From Holophagales bacterium (GTDB lineage Bacteria > Acidobacteriota > Thermoanaerobaculia > UBA5066), in assembly GCA_016716705.1 (NCBI GenBank), contig JADJVF010000017.1, forward strand, positions 53,808-117,807: 64,000 bases of DNA, given 5' to 3'. Shown in pieces: positions 38,990-48,471 of the stretch. How positions within the stretch are numbered: position 1 is the stretch's first letter; every line of letters begins with the position of its first letter. The notes under the pieces are model-generated. The model was not told the DNA's origin. It saw only the letters and a program-made list of their open reading frames with translations, and ran no database searches. Made by a program: the position numbers and the translations under genes.

Positions 38990-39462
38990 GACACGCTCCC
39001 GCCCACGATCGGCGCGCCCGCGCGGGGTCCGGGCGTCTGCTCGTAGGCTTCGGCGACGACGAACGTCACCGCGTGGCAGGGCCACCTCGTCCGGCGCCTC
39101 ACGGCGGCGGACGGGAGGCCGATCACCTCCACCTCCGCGTCGAACGCCGCCGCGAGCCTCTCCACCTCGGCCCGCTCCTCTTCTCGCGCAGGACCGATCG
39201 TCTCGACCCGCCCCTTCAGCTGAATGGTCCGGTGAGTGAGCGGCTGCGAGAGGACGACCGCGATCGCCCCGTTCTCGCGCAGGTTCGCGAGGCTCGTCTC
39301 CGACGTCGCGACCGGCAGGTAGACCGTCAGGCGGCGGCCGTCCGCCGAGGCCCGAGCGGCGGCGGCCATCAGCTCGTCGGGAACGAGCGCCGCGTCGCGC
39401 GTGGCCACGTGCACCGCGACCAGCCCCTCCAGCAGGGCCGCCAGATTCTCCGGAACCTCCAC
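38986..39462 (-). CDS. Pyridoxamine 5'-phosphate oxidase-family (FMN-binding split barrel) protein
   Basis: The 158-aa protein has a PPOX-class split-barrel pattern. Confidence 0.55.
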   Translation of the reverse strand: MEVPENLAALLEGLVAVHVATRDAALVPDELMAAAARASADGRRLTVYLPVATSETSLANLRENGAIAVVLSQPLTHRTIQLKGRVETIGPAREEERAEVERLAAAFDAEVEVIGLPSAAVRRRTRWPCHAVTFVVAEAYEQTPGPRAGAPIVGGSVS

Positions 39463-39582
39463 GGTGGGCGGAGGGTACCGCAGCCCCCGTCGATTAGTGA
39501 ATTCTTAGGGAGCGTTAGTCAGTTCTTAGGTGGCCGGCCCCGCAGCGGCGCCACAGATTCCTCGGCACAAAGGAGTTCGATC

Positions 39583-40185
39583 ATGGCCGCCACCTTCCAC
39601 ACTGCCGACACCGTCCGCCGCATCGCCCTCGCCGCCGCCGCGGCGACCCTCGTCGCCTCGACCGTCGCCCTCGCCGGCGAAACGCCGAAGAAGCCCCTCA
39701 CCTTCGGCGCCTCGCCCGAGCTCGCGCGCGGGAAGTACCTCGTCTCCGTCATGGGCTGCGACGACTGCCACACGCCGATGAAGATGGGCGCCCGCGGCCC
39801 CGAGCCCGACATGGCGCTCCGCCTCTCGGGCCACCCGCAGGCGCTCAAGGTCCAGGGCGCACCGCCCGTCGACGGGAAGAGCTGGGTCTGGGCCGGCAAC
39901 GCGACGAACACCGCCTTCGCCGGACCCTGGGGCGTCAGCTACGCCGCGAACCTCACCTCCGACGCCACCGGCATCGGTTCCTGGACCGAGGCCAACTTCG
40001 TCCGCGCGATCAAGGACGGGAAGCACCTCGGCGTCGGCCGGCCGATCAACCCTCCGATGCCCTGGCCCGCCTACCGCAATGCGACCGAGGACGACCTGAA
40101 GGCGGTCTATGCGTACCTGAAGACCGTCCCGCCCGTGAAAAACGTCGCTCCGGAGTACCAGCCGCCGCAGATGGCGAAGAAGTGA
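39583..40185 (+). CDS. Secreted c-type cytochrome
   Basis: A signal peptide is followed by a single CDDCH (CXXCH) haem-binding motif. An AAAGGAG ribosome-binding site is present. Confidence 0.7.
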   Translation: MAATFHTADTVRRIALAAAAATLVASTVALAGETPKKPLTFGASPELARGKYLVSVMGCDDCHTPMKMGARGPEPDMALRLSGHPQALKVQGAPPVDGKSWVWAGNATNTAFAGPWGVSYAANLTSDATGIGSWTEANFVRAIKDGKHLGVGRPINPPMPWPAYRNATEDDLKAVYAYLKTVPPVKNVAPEYQPPQMAKK

Positions 40186-40360
40186 CCCGCGCGGTACCCG
40201 GGATCACGGGGCCCGGCGCTGCGGCAACGCCGCGCCGGGCCGTTCCGTCTCGACGAGCCCGGCCCGCTCTGCCAAGATCCCGCGCCAAACGCGCGGACGC
40301 CCCGGCGAGGGGCGGGAGAGGCCGACGGGATGTGCGGGCGGGATCGAACTCCGGAAGAAG

Positions 40361-40435
40361 TGGTCGGGGCGGGCGGATTTGAACCGCCGACCTGTTGCTC
40401 CCAAAGCAACTGCGCTACCCCTGCGCTACGCCCCG
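40361..40435 (-). tRNA. tRNA-Pro (anticodon TGG)
   Basis: The cloverleaf was derived by hand. The acceptor stem CGGGGCG/CGCCCCG pairs perfectly, the anticodon loop is TTTGGGA, the T-arm is GGCGGTTCAAATCCGCC, and the 3' end has an encoded CCA. Confidence 0.85.
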
Positions 40436-40517
40436 GCGCGCTGGATTCTCGGCCGGCGGCCTGGGGATGTCCACTCGCGGCCGCCGTCACGGCGACCGCC
40501 GGTCCCGGAGCCCCGCG

Positions 40518-41273
40518 ATGAGCCGGACGCTCCTCCTCCTCCACGGCCTCGGCGGCTCGACGGAAGACTGGGCCGCGGTCGCGGCGGCCCTGCCGAAGAG
40601 CCTGTCCCCCCTGGCCCTCGACTTCCCCGGCTTCGGCAAGGCCGTCCGCCCGCACGACAGCTACGACCCCGCGTCGCTCGCGCGCTGGGTCCTCGGCGAG
40701 CTGGACGACCGCGACGTGGAGACGGCGGTCGTCGCGGGGCACTCCCTCGGGGGCCGGGTCGCGGGAGAGCTCGCGCTGCTGGCGCCGAAGCGGGTCCTGG
40801 CCCTCGCGCTCGTCTCCCCGCTCGGCTCGGCTCCCTACGGCTTCACCGACACGCTCAAGTGGAAGGCGATGTCGCGCGCCGCGCTCGTCAGCTCGGCGCC
40901 GGACACGTCCATGAGAAACGCGCTCGGGTACGGCTTCGCCGTCGACGGCGCGGGAAAGAAGGGGTTCGTCGCGCGAGGGATGGCGGCCCGGACCGGACCC
41001 CGCGCGCCCGCCGCGCTCCGGGCGCTCGAACGCTCGGTCGACGGGCTCCTCTCCGCCCCGCCTCTCTCGAAACGGCTCGCGGGAACGAAGGTACCTCTCC
41101 TCCTCGTGACGGGGGCGGAGGACCCGCTCGCGCCGCCGAAGGACGTCGAGGCGATCCGCTCGGCGCGTCCCGACGCCGCGTACGTCAAGCTGGCCGGCAT
41201 CGGCCACTACGCCCCGATCGAGGCGCCGAAGGACGTGGCGAAGCTCCTGTCGGAGCTGTCGAAGAAGGCCTGA
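40518..41273 (+). CDS. Alpha/beta-hydrolase fold protein
   Basis: It has an HGLGGS oxyanion region and a GHSLGG nucleophile elbow. The ORF-track start at 40395 would overlap the tRNA, so the internal ATG at 40518 is preferred. Confidence 0.7.
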   Translation: MSRTLLLLHGLGGSTEDWAAVAAALPKSLSPLALDFPGFGKAVRPHDSYDPASLARWVLGELDDRDVETAVVAGHSLGGRVAGELALLAPKRVLALALVSPLGSAPYGFTDTLKWKAMSRAALVSSAPDTSMRNALGYGFAVDGAGKKGFVARGMAARTGPRAPAALRALERSVDGLLSAPPLSKRLAGTKVPLLLVTGAEDPLAPPKDVEAIRSARPDAAYVKLAGIGHYAPIEAPKDVAKLLSELSKKA

Positions 41274-41280
41274 AGGCCGC

Positions 41281-42048
41281 TCAGGCGGGCGGCAGCCAGT
41301 CGTCCGGGATGCGCCCTGCCAGCGCCTTCCTCTGAGCGCGGAAGAGGCGGCGGCACCCTCGCCTGGCCACGGTGAGCATCTCGCGGAGGCGCTTGTCGTC
41401 GAACGGCTCGCGCTCGGCCGTCCCCTGCACCTCGACGTAGCGTCCGGTCGAGGTGCCGACGACGTTCAGGTCGACGTGGGCGGTGGAGTCCTCGGTGTAG
41501 TCGAGGTCGAGCGCGACGACGCCCTCGGGACGGTCGGGATCCGGAAGCACGCCGACCGAGATCGCCGCGACCGCCTCGCGGAACGGGCGCTTCTTCAGCC
41601 CGCCCTTCTTCCGGAGCGTCTCGAGGGCGAGGGCGAGGGCGACCCAGGCTCCCGTCACCGAGGCGCAGCGCGTGCCGGCGTCGGCGACGAGGACGTCGCA
41701 GTCGAGCGTCACCGTCCACTCCGGGAAGGTGCGCCGGTCGGCCACGCCGCGCAGGGCGCGCCCGATGAGCCGCTGGATCTCGAGGCTGCGGCCCGTCTGC
41801 TTTCCCTTCGCGGCCTCCCGGGGCGACCGCTCGAGCGTGGCGCGCGGGAGCATCCCGTACTCGGCGGTGATCCACCCTTCGCCCGTGTCGCGCAGGAAGG
41901 GAGGCGTCTTCTGCTCGAGCGTCGCGACGACGAGGACCTTCGTCTTTCCCTGGACGATGAGGCACGAGCCCTCGGCGTGCGGAACGACGTCGCACTCGAG
42001 GGAAACGGGGCGGAGCTGGAGGGGGGAGCGACCGTCGGGGCGAGCCAT
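41281..42048 (-). CDS. rph: Ribonuclease PH
   Basis: The sequence is RNase PH throughout (RPDGRSPLQLRPVSLE…, TAEYGMLPRAT, GRSLEIQRLIGRALR). Confidence 0.85.
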   Translation of the reverse strand: MARPDGRSPLQLRPVSLECDVVPHAEGSCLIVQGKTKVLVVATLEQKTPPFLRDTGEGWITAEYGMLPRATLERSPREAAKGKQTGRSLEIQRLIGRALRGVADRRTFPEWTVTLDCDVLVADAGTRCASVTGAWVALALALETLRKKGGLKKRPFREAVAAISVGVLPDPDRPEGVVALDLDYTEDSTAHVDLNVVGTSTGRYVEVQGTAEREPFDDKRLREMLTVARRGCRRLFRAQRKALAGRIPDDWLPPA

Positions 42049-42059
42049 GGCGGCGGAGC

Positions 42060-42881
42060 TTACGGCAGGTCGACGAGCTCGAGGGCCGCCGCCTCCCGGC
42101 CGAGGAACCGCCCGGCCACGCGGCGGAGGCGCTCGGAGGCGTCGGTGACGAGGAGGTGGGTCTCTCCGGCCCCGCCTTCGCGCCGCGCGTTCGTGCCGAG
42201 GAGCGTCTCGACCTCGACCGCCGTGGAGGCCGCCGAGTCGACGAGGAGCGTCCCTTCGGGGAGCGCGGCGGCGATCGTCGCGGAGAGGAGCGGGTAGTGC
42301 GTGCAGCCGAGGACGACGACGCGGGCCCTCGCCTCGACGACGGGCGCCAGGTAGAGGCGGGCGGCGGCGCGCGCGACCTCGTTCTCCGTCCAGCCTTCCT
42401 CGGCGAGCGGGACGAAGAGCGGGCAGGCGACGTTCATCACCGTGCGGAACGGGTCGAGCGATCGGATCGCGCGGCCGTAGGCGTCGGAAGCGACCGTCGC
42501 CTCCGTCGCGAGGACGGCGATCGGCGCCTCGGCGCCGGGACCGGTGAGGCCCCGCGCCCGGCGGAGGGCCGCCCGCGCGCCCGGCCCGACGACGCCGACG
42601 ACGGGGACGTCGCCGGCCTCCTCGACGATGGCGTCGAGAGCGAGGGCCGAGGCGGTGTTGCACGCCACGACGAGCGCCTTGACGCCCCGCGAGAGGAGGA
42701 GCGAGACGGCGCGGCGGGCATAGCGGCGAACGGTCTCCACCGACTTCGTGCCGTAGGGGAGGCGCGCGGTGTCTCCGAGGTAGAGGAGGTTCTCCGAGGG
42801 GAGGCGGCGGGCGACGGCGTCGAGGACGGTCAGTCCGCCGACCCCGGAGTCGAAGAGGCCGATGGGGCGGTCGTCGGTCAT
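42060..42881 (-). CDS. murI: Glutamate racemase
   Basis: It shows the MurI N-terminus (IGLFDSGVGGLTVL), VVACNTAS and GCTHYP motifs. It continues in frame from the upstream GerMN-domain region with no stop codon. Confidence 0.8.
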   Translation of the reverse strand: MTDDRPIGLFDSGVGGLTVLDAVARRLPSENLLYLGDTARLPYGTKSVETVRRYARRAVSLLLSRGVKALVVACNTASALALDAIVEEAGDVPVVGVVGPGARAALRRARGLTGPGAEAPIAVLATEATVASDAYGRAIRSLDPFRTVMNVACPLFVPLAEEGWTENEVARAAARLYLAPVVEARARVVVLGCTHYPLLSATIAAALPEGTLLVDSAASTAVEVETLLGTNARREGGAGETHLLVTDASERLRRVAGRFLGREAAALELVDLP

Positions 42882-43790
42882 GTGCGGTAGGAGTCTCTCG
42901 CGGGACGCGGAGGTGGGGCGTGCCGCGGGGCGGGGCACGGCGATGGGGGGGAGCCGGGGGGACGACGGAACGGGAGACGCCGCCGAAGGCGGGGCCACCG
43001 GCGGCGCTGCGGACCCGGCGGCCGAAGGCGAAGTCGGGGCCGGCCCGGAGGTCACTTCCGGTTCCGGCATCGGCGCGACGAGAGGCGCCTCGTCGGCCGC
43101 GCGGGAAAGGTCGGGAAGGAGCGGGTGGGTCAGGTCGACGTGTCCGGCCAGCGTCTCCACCGGCTCGCCGCCGACGAGGAGGATGACCCGGGAGACGGCG
43201 TGGACGTTCTTCGTGACGGTGAGAACGAGCGACTGAGTGGCGCCGACCTCCTCCGAAGAGCCGGTCTCCCAGCGTTTCGGCAATTCGGCGATCGCGACCG
43301 GCGGCGGGATCGTCGGCGTGGGCTCCGGTTTCTTCGCGCCCTTCTTCCCTGCCGCCTCGACGGGCGAAGGCTCGGGCGTCGGCATCGGTGTCGGCGGGGC
43401 GGGTGGGGCGAGGTCGAGGACGGCGATCCCGTCGGCGAGGCGGAAGGCGGCACGCAGCGTCCAGCCGTCGGGGAAGGGCTTCAGGAGGGCCGGGTGGCGC
43501 GGCCCCTCGAGGACCGCCGCGGCGAGGCTCCGGAGGAAGGCGACGTCGTCGACCGCCGCCGGGACTTCCCGCGCTTCCGGGTGGAAGAGGCCGTCCTCTG
43601 CGGACTCGAACCAGATCGAGACGAGCCGGGCCGGGATCGGCGTCGGGGGCGGCGGGATGGTCCGGGTCGGCGTCGGCCGCGCGGCCACCTGCCTCTTCTG
43701 CCTCGCCTCGTGGACGCGCCTCCCGACGAGAAGCCCCAGCAGGAGGAGGATCAGGAGCGCGAGGAGCGCGAGGGCGAAGCGGCGCGGCAT
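42882..43790 (-). CDS. GerMN (spore-germination GerM-like) domain region with N-terminal TM helix, fused in frame to murI
   Basis: An N-terminal TM segment and Pro-rich linkers are present. The domain resembles GerM N-terminal repeats. It forms a single ORF (43847..42060) together with murI. Confidence 0.5.
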
Positions 43791-43800
43791 CGGGAGGGCG

Positions 43801-45363
43801 TCAGCGCGGGCCGCTCGGCGGCGGTGCGGCCGGAACCGGTGCCGCACCGCTGGCCGCGGCCCGGAAGAAGTTGTCGAGCGACCCGGCGAGCGTCTCGGCC
43901 ACGGCCTTCCGGAACTCCTCGGAGGCCAACTTCTGCTCCTCCTCGGGGTTCGAGATGAAGGCGACCTCGACGAGGACGGCCGGCGCGTTGACGCCGATCA
44001 GGACGCGGAAGGGGGCCTGCTTGACGCCGCGCGTCGTGATGCCGAGGAGGCGGTTGAAGTCGCCCTGGATGATCTCGGCGAGCCGGCTGGATGCGGAGAG
44101 GTGCTGGTTCTGGGCGAGGTCCCAGAGGATCAGGTCGAGGTCCCTGAGGGCCGCGTTCGTCTCGGCAGAGGGCGTCACCGTCGGTTCGGCCCGATTCTCG
44201 GACTCGGCGAGAGCGGCGGCAGAGCGGTCGGAAGCGTCGAGGGAGAGGTAATAGACCTCCGTCCCGTGTGCCGAGGCGGCGCGCGAGGCGTTCAGGTGGA
44301 GCGACAGGAAGACGTCGGCCTTCGCCGCGTTGGAGATCGCCGTCCGGTCCTGCAGGCCGACGGAGGCGTCGCTGTCGCGCGTCGTCACGACGCGGTAGCC
44401 GCGGGCCGTGAGGACCTCCCGCACCGTCCGCGCCAGGGAGAGGACGACGTCCTTCTCGAGGAGGCCGCCGGGCCCCTTCGCGCCCTCCTCCGTCCCGCCA
44501 TGTCCCGGGTCGATGACGACGACGCGCGGCTCCGGGCGCGGGGTCGGGGAGGGGACGGCGAGGGCGCCCGGAGCCTCCCTGGCGGCCGGTGAGGGCGCGA
44601 ACGAGACAGGCGGCGGCGGTGCGCCGCGGGTCACGTCGACGACGAGCCGCGGCGGGCTGGCGAGAGGGTAGACGTTCGTCGAGAGGTTCTTCCCCTTCAG
44701 GACGATCGCCAGCTCCGTCGGGCGCAGGAAGAGGCGCGCGACGCGGGGGTCGTCGACCGCCATCTCCGGCACGGGCGATACGAGCTTGACGCCGGAGAAC
44801 CGCAGGACGACCTGCTCGTCCCCCTTCTCGACCCGGAACGGCGGCGACTGGGTGAAGCGGAAGACGACCTTCGTCGTCCCCTCGAAGGCGGAGACCGTCG
44901 CCTCCACGCCGATCTCGGGCGTCTCCACGCGCCGCGCGGCGAGGGTGCGTGCGCCCCGGTCCCACGTGAACGTCACCCCGAACAGGGGCGAGAGGACGCG
45001 CGTGAAGAAGTCGGCGTCGGCGAAGGCCGAGGAGCCTTCGCCGCGGACGGGCGAGGCGAGCTGGACGAGCCGGGTGTCGACGACGGCGATCGCCGTCTCC
45101 GTCCCGAAGACCGCCGTGTGCGGGCCGATCTTCAGCTCGTAGGAGCCCGTGGCCGCCTCGTACGAGAGCGTCCCGCCGAGCACCGTCGCGATGTCGCCGA
45201 CGGAGACGAAGGTCTTTCCGTCCGCGTCCGTCGCCCGGACGACGAGCGAGGAACCCGTCGGGGAGACGAACGTCGCCGGCGGCGCGGGGGCGGCGAGACC
45301 GGGCCACGCGACGGCCAGGGCTGCCACGAAGGCGAGGCGCGGGAAGAGGGCGGGCCGGATCAC
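43801..45363 (-). CDS. N-acetylmuramoyl-L-alanine amidase (AmiC-like, with N-terminal AMIN-like domains)
   Basis: A signal peptide is followed by a C-terminal Amidase_3 catalytic domain (VVIDPGHGG…, LSLHLNA, …E… Zn ligands). Confidence 0.75.
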   Translation of the reverse strand: MIRPALFPRLAFVAALAVAWPGLAAPAPPATFVSPTGSSLVVRATDADGKTFVSVGDIATVLGGTLSYEAATGSYELKIGPHTAVFGTETAIAVVDTRLVQLASPVRGEGSSAFADADFFTRVLSPLFGVTFTWDRGARTLAARRVETPEIGVEATVSAFEGTTKVVFRFTQSPPFRVEKGDEQVVLRFSGVKLVSPVPEMAVDDPRVARLFLRPTELAIVLKGKNLSTNVYPLASPPRLVVDVTRGAPPPPVSFAPSPAAREAPGALAVPSPTPRPEPRVVVIDPGHGGTEEGAKGPGGLLEKDVVLSLARTVREVLTARGYRVVTTRDSDASVGLQDRTAISNAAKADVFLSLHLNASRAASAHGTEVYYLSLDASDRSAAALAESENRAEPTVTPSAETNAALRDLDLILWDLAQNQHLSASSRLAEIIQGDFNRLLGITTRGVKQAPFRVLIGVNAPAVLVEVAFISNPEEEQKLASEEFRKAVAETLAGSLDNFFRAAASGAAPVPAAPPPSGPR

Positions 45364-45374
45364 TCGCCGGGATT

Positions 45375-45935
45375 ATGAACGCGAGGAGCCCGCCAGGAGT
45401 CCCGCCCGCCGAAAACCACGGCCCGGCGCCGGCCCCTCGCCTAGACTTCTCGTGGCATCGGGAGGACGTCATGCTCGACACGATTCCTCGACGGACCACC
45501 ACGCCGTGTGCGGCCAGCGTACGGTTGCAGGGAGGCCCCCGCCTCGACGTGACCTTCTGGCTTCTGCCCGACCCGCAGAGAGAGCGGGGAGTCATGCCGC
45601 TGAGCCTGCTCCTCGAGGAGGATCGCAAGTTCTTCCCCGTGGGCCTCTCCGACGCCTCGAGCGGACTCCTCTCGCGGGACGCTCTCGTCACGGTGGAGAT
45701 CGACGCCGACGGGCCTGGCGCCGAGCCGGCCCCGGCGGAGGGGATGTCCCTCGACCTCGTGACGCTCCATCTCGTCTCCGGGGAGGAGGTCTCCGGGATC
45801 CTCAGGTCCACGGCGCTCGCGGGCTATGCCCGGATGTCGGACGTCTTCAACTCCTTCGGCCGTTTCGTCCCGATCGGCCTCGGTACGCGGCTCGTGTTCG
45901 TCGCGACGGGCCATATCGCGCGCGTGTCGTTCTGA
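45375..45935 (+). CDS. Hypothetical protein (possibly begins at the internal ATG 45471)
   Basis: This is a 186-aa ORF immediately upstream of pilT. I recognise no confident family. Confidence 0.35.
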   Translation: MNARSPPGVPPAENHGPAPAPRLDFSWHREDVMLDTIPRRTTTPCAASVRLQGGPRLDVTFWLLPDPQRERGVMPLSLLLEEDRKFFPVGLSDASSGLLSRDALVTVEIDADGPGAEPAPAEGMSLDLVTLHLVSGEEVSGILRSTALAGYARMSDVFNSFGRFVPIGLGTRLVFVATGHIARVSF

Positions 45936-45948
45936 AGGAGGGCGAACG

Positions 45949-47667
45949 GTGGCTTCTCGCATCGACCTCCTCGTGGCCAACCTCCTCCAGACCGAAGGCG
46001 AGGCGCTCTACATCATTCCCGGCGAGAGGCTCTTCATGACGCGCGGCACGAGCCGCGTCTTCGTCGGGCGCGAGCCGGTCAGCGTCGAGTCCTTCCGCGC
46101 CGTCGTCGCCGAGGTGGCTCCGGGCCAGGCACCCGACGAGCTCGCCCGGACCCGCTTCCGGATCCCGATGAAGCTCGGTCCCGGAAGGGAATCCGTCGAG
46201 ATTCGCTTCGGTCTCCTCGGCGGGAACGCGGGCCTGATGATCTGCCGTCCGGCGCGGATGACCCCGAGTCCCGAGCCGGGGCCGGCTCCGGCGAAAGAGC
46301 TCGAGCTCGAGCCGGCGCCCGTCTCGCTGCAGGGCCCCGCCACGGCGTTCCTTCAGGCGCCCTCTCCCCTCCCCGCCCAGGTCCCGCCGCACCTTCAGAT
46401 CCCCGCCTCGACGCGGGTCCCCGGCGTCGCGCCGGCGCCGATCCCGGCGGAGGAGATCCCCTATCCCGCGGCCGCTCCGGCTTCGGTGGAGCCGTCGCGC
46501 CTTTCGGTCCTGAGCGAACGGCCGCTCGACGTGATCCTCCTGCGGATGCTCGAGCTCTCGGCATCGGACGTCCACCTCTCCTCCGGAACTCGTCCCCTGT
46601 TCCGCATTCACGGCGAGATGGCCGAGCAGGCCGACCAGCCCGTCCTCAACTCGGAGGAGGTCGAGAGGCTCCTCGCTCCCATCTTTCCCGAGAGGAACCG
46701 GACGGAGTTCCTGGAGCGGCACGACACCGACTTCGCCTACGAGATCGCCGGGGCGGCGCGTTTCCGGGTCAACGTCTTCCGGGACCGGCACGGCGTCGGG
46801 GCCGTCTTCCGCCAGATCCCGATCGAGATCCTCACGGCGCAGCAGCTGGGTCTGCCCGCCTCGGTCGTGAGGCTCGGGGACCTCACGAAAGGGCTCGTCC
46901 TCGTGACCGGCCCGACCGGCTCCGGCAAGTCGACCACGCTCGCCGCCCTCGTCAACTACGTCAACGAGACGCGGACCGACCACATCATCACCATCGAGGA
47001 CCCGGTCGAGTTCGTCCACCGCAACAAGAAGTGCCTCGTGAACCAGCGCGAGGTCGGGAGCCACACCTCCTCGTTCAAGGATGCCCTCCGCGCCGCGCTC
47101 CGCGAGGACCCCGACATCGTCATGGTCGGCGAGATGCGCGACCTCGAGACGGTCGCGATCGCCATCGAGACGGCCGAGACCGGCCACCTCGTCTTCGGGA
47201 CCCTTCACACGACGACCGCGACCTCCACCATCGACCGGATCGTCGACCAGTTCCCGGCCGACCGGCAGCAGCAGATCCGGACGATGCTGGCCGACTCCCT
47301 CAAGGGGGTCGTCGCACAGACGCTCTGCAAGAAGATCGGCGGCGGGCGAGTCGCCGCTCTCGAGGTCCTCCTCACGAACAACGCCGTCGCGAACCTCATC
47401 CGCGACGGGAAGACCTTCCAGCTCCCGTCGGTCCTCCAGACGTCGAAGGCCCAGGGGATGGTCCTCCTCAACGACTCGCTCCTCGACCTCGTGAAGAAGG
47501 GCCTCGTCGAGCCCCGCGAGGCCTACCTCAAGGCCGTCGACAAGGCCGGCCTCCTCGGCTCCTTCCGGAGCAACAACATCGCCCTCCCGACCGAGGTTGC
47601 GACGCCCGAAACCGGCGTGGCTTCGGGGACCGGCGTGCCGGCCGCGGGACGTCCGCCGGGGGGCTGA
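45949..47667 (+). CDS. pilT: Type IV pilus retraction ATPase PilT-like, with a roughly 210-aa N-terminal extension
   Basis: The C-terminal roughly 350 aa are a canonical PilT (Walker A GPTGSGKSTT, Asp box, Walker B, His box, AIRNLIRE-like ANLIRDGK). The N-terminal domain and Pro-rich linker have no PilT counterpart. Confidence 0.8.
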   Translation: MASRIDLLVANLLQTEGEALYIIPGERLFMTRGTSRVFVGREPVSVESFRAVVAEVAPGQAPDELARTRFRIPMKLGPGRESVEIRFGLLGGNAGLMICRPARMTPSPEPGPAPAKELELEPAPVSLQGPATAFLQAPSPLPAQVPPHLQIPASTRVPGVAPAPIPAEEIPYPAAAPASVEPSRLSVLSERPLDVILLRMLELSASDVHLSSGTRPLFRIHGEMAEQADQPVLNSEEVERLLAPIFPERNRTEFLERHDTDFAYEIAGAARFRVNVFRDRHGVGAVFRQIPIEILTAQQLGLPASVVRLGDLTKGLVLVTGPTGSGKSTTLAALVNYVNETRTDHIITIEDPVEFVHRNKKCLVNQREVGSHTSSFKDALRAALREDPDIVMVGEMRDLETVAIAIETAETGHLVFGTLHTTTATSTIDRIVDQFPADRQQQIRTMLADSLKGVVAQTLCKKIGGGRVAALEVLLTNNAVANLIRDGKTFQLPSVLQTSKAQGMVLLNDSLLDLVKKGLVEPREAYLKAVDKAGLLGSFRSNNIALPTEVATPETGVASGTGVPAAGRPPGG

Positions 47668-47679
47668 AGTCCTGACGCT

Positions 47680-48471
47680 TCAGGGAAACACCCGGGTCAG
47701 AACTCCCGTCGCCACCAGCGACGAGAACTGCTGCTCGAGCGACAGCGCGAAGGCAGGGTCCCGAACCAGCGCACCCGCCTCGATATTCCGCACGTGGGCC
47801 GCCTCCGTGAAGTTTGCCGAGGTGACGAGGGCGGTCTGGCTGTCGACGACGATGCACTTGGCGTGGATGACGCCGCGCGCGTCTCCCTTCTTCGCGAGGG
47901 CGCGACGGTCGTAGTAGAGCTCGGGCTCGCGTTTCGCCGGCCAGTTCTTCTTCAGGAACTCCCGGAAGTGGTCGCGGGCCACCGCGTCGGGGTCGAAGTC
48001 CGTACCGGGAGGCGGCGGGACGTTCAGGAAGAGGAGCACCCGGAGATCCCCGATCTCCTCCATCCGCGCCGCGAGCGGCTCGAACACCTCTTTCCCGAGG
48101 TAGACCGTGTAGCTCGAGATCAGGACCGTCCGGATGGCGGTCGAGAAGAGCTCCCGCACGACGACGGACGTGTCCCGGCTCTGGCTTCCGGGCGTCTCCG
48201 GCCCGGTCCAGACGAGCTCGACCCTGTCCGCGGCCGCCTCTTTCTGCTTTCTCTCCGCGGAGGCCGCGAAGAGGACTTCCGCGATGTGCTCGGGCGGCAC
48301 CCCCACGCCTTCCAGTCGACTCAGCTCGGCAACCAGCCCCGACAGATCGACTTTCGGGACGTATCTCGCCAGACCGCCGACGGAGTAGGGGCCGGAGAGC
48401 CTCCCGTCGGCGAGCGCCCGGGCGATCGTCTCGAGCGCCGCCCGCGAAGCTCCGCCGAGGGAACCGCTCAC
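47680..48471 (-). CDS. Phospholipase D-like (HKD) nuclease, DISARM DrmC-like
   Basis: A single HKD motif is present (HAKCIVVDSQTALVTSANFT). It is the last gene of the helicase-DUF1998-PLD operon and its start overlaps the DUF1998 gene's stop by 4 nt. Confidence 0.7.
   Translation of the reverse strand: MSGSLGGASRAALETIARALADGRLSGPYSVGGLARYVPKVDLSGLVAELSRLEGVGVPPEHIAEVLFAASAERKQKEAAADRVELVWTGPETPGSQSRDTSVVVRELFSTAIRTVLISSYTVYLGKEVFEPLAARMEEIGDLRVLLFLNVPPPPGTDFDPDAVARDHFREFLKKNWPAKREPELYYDRRALAKKGDARGVIHAKCIVVDSQTALVTSANFTEAAHVRNIEAGALVRDPAFALSLEQQFSSLVATGVLTRVFP

Noticed and set aside
40395-40517. N-terminal 41 codons of ORF 40395..41273
   Set aside because: This extension would run through the tRNA-Pro gene. 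The alpha/beta hydrolase most plausibly starts at the internal ATG 40518.
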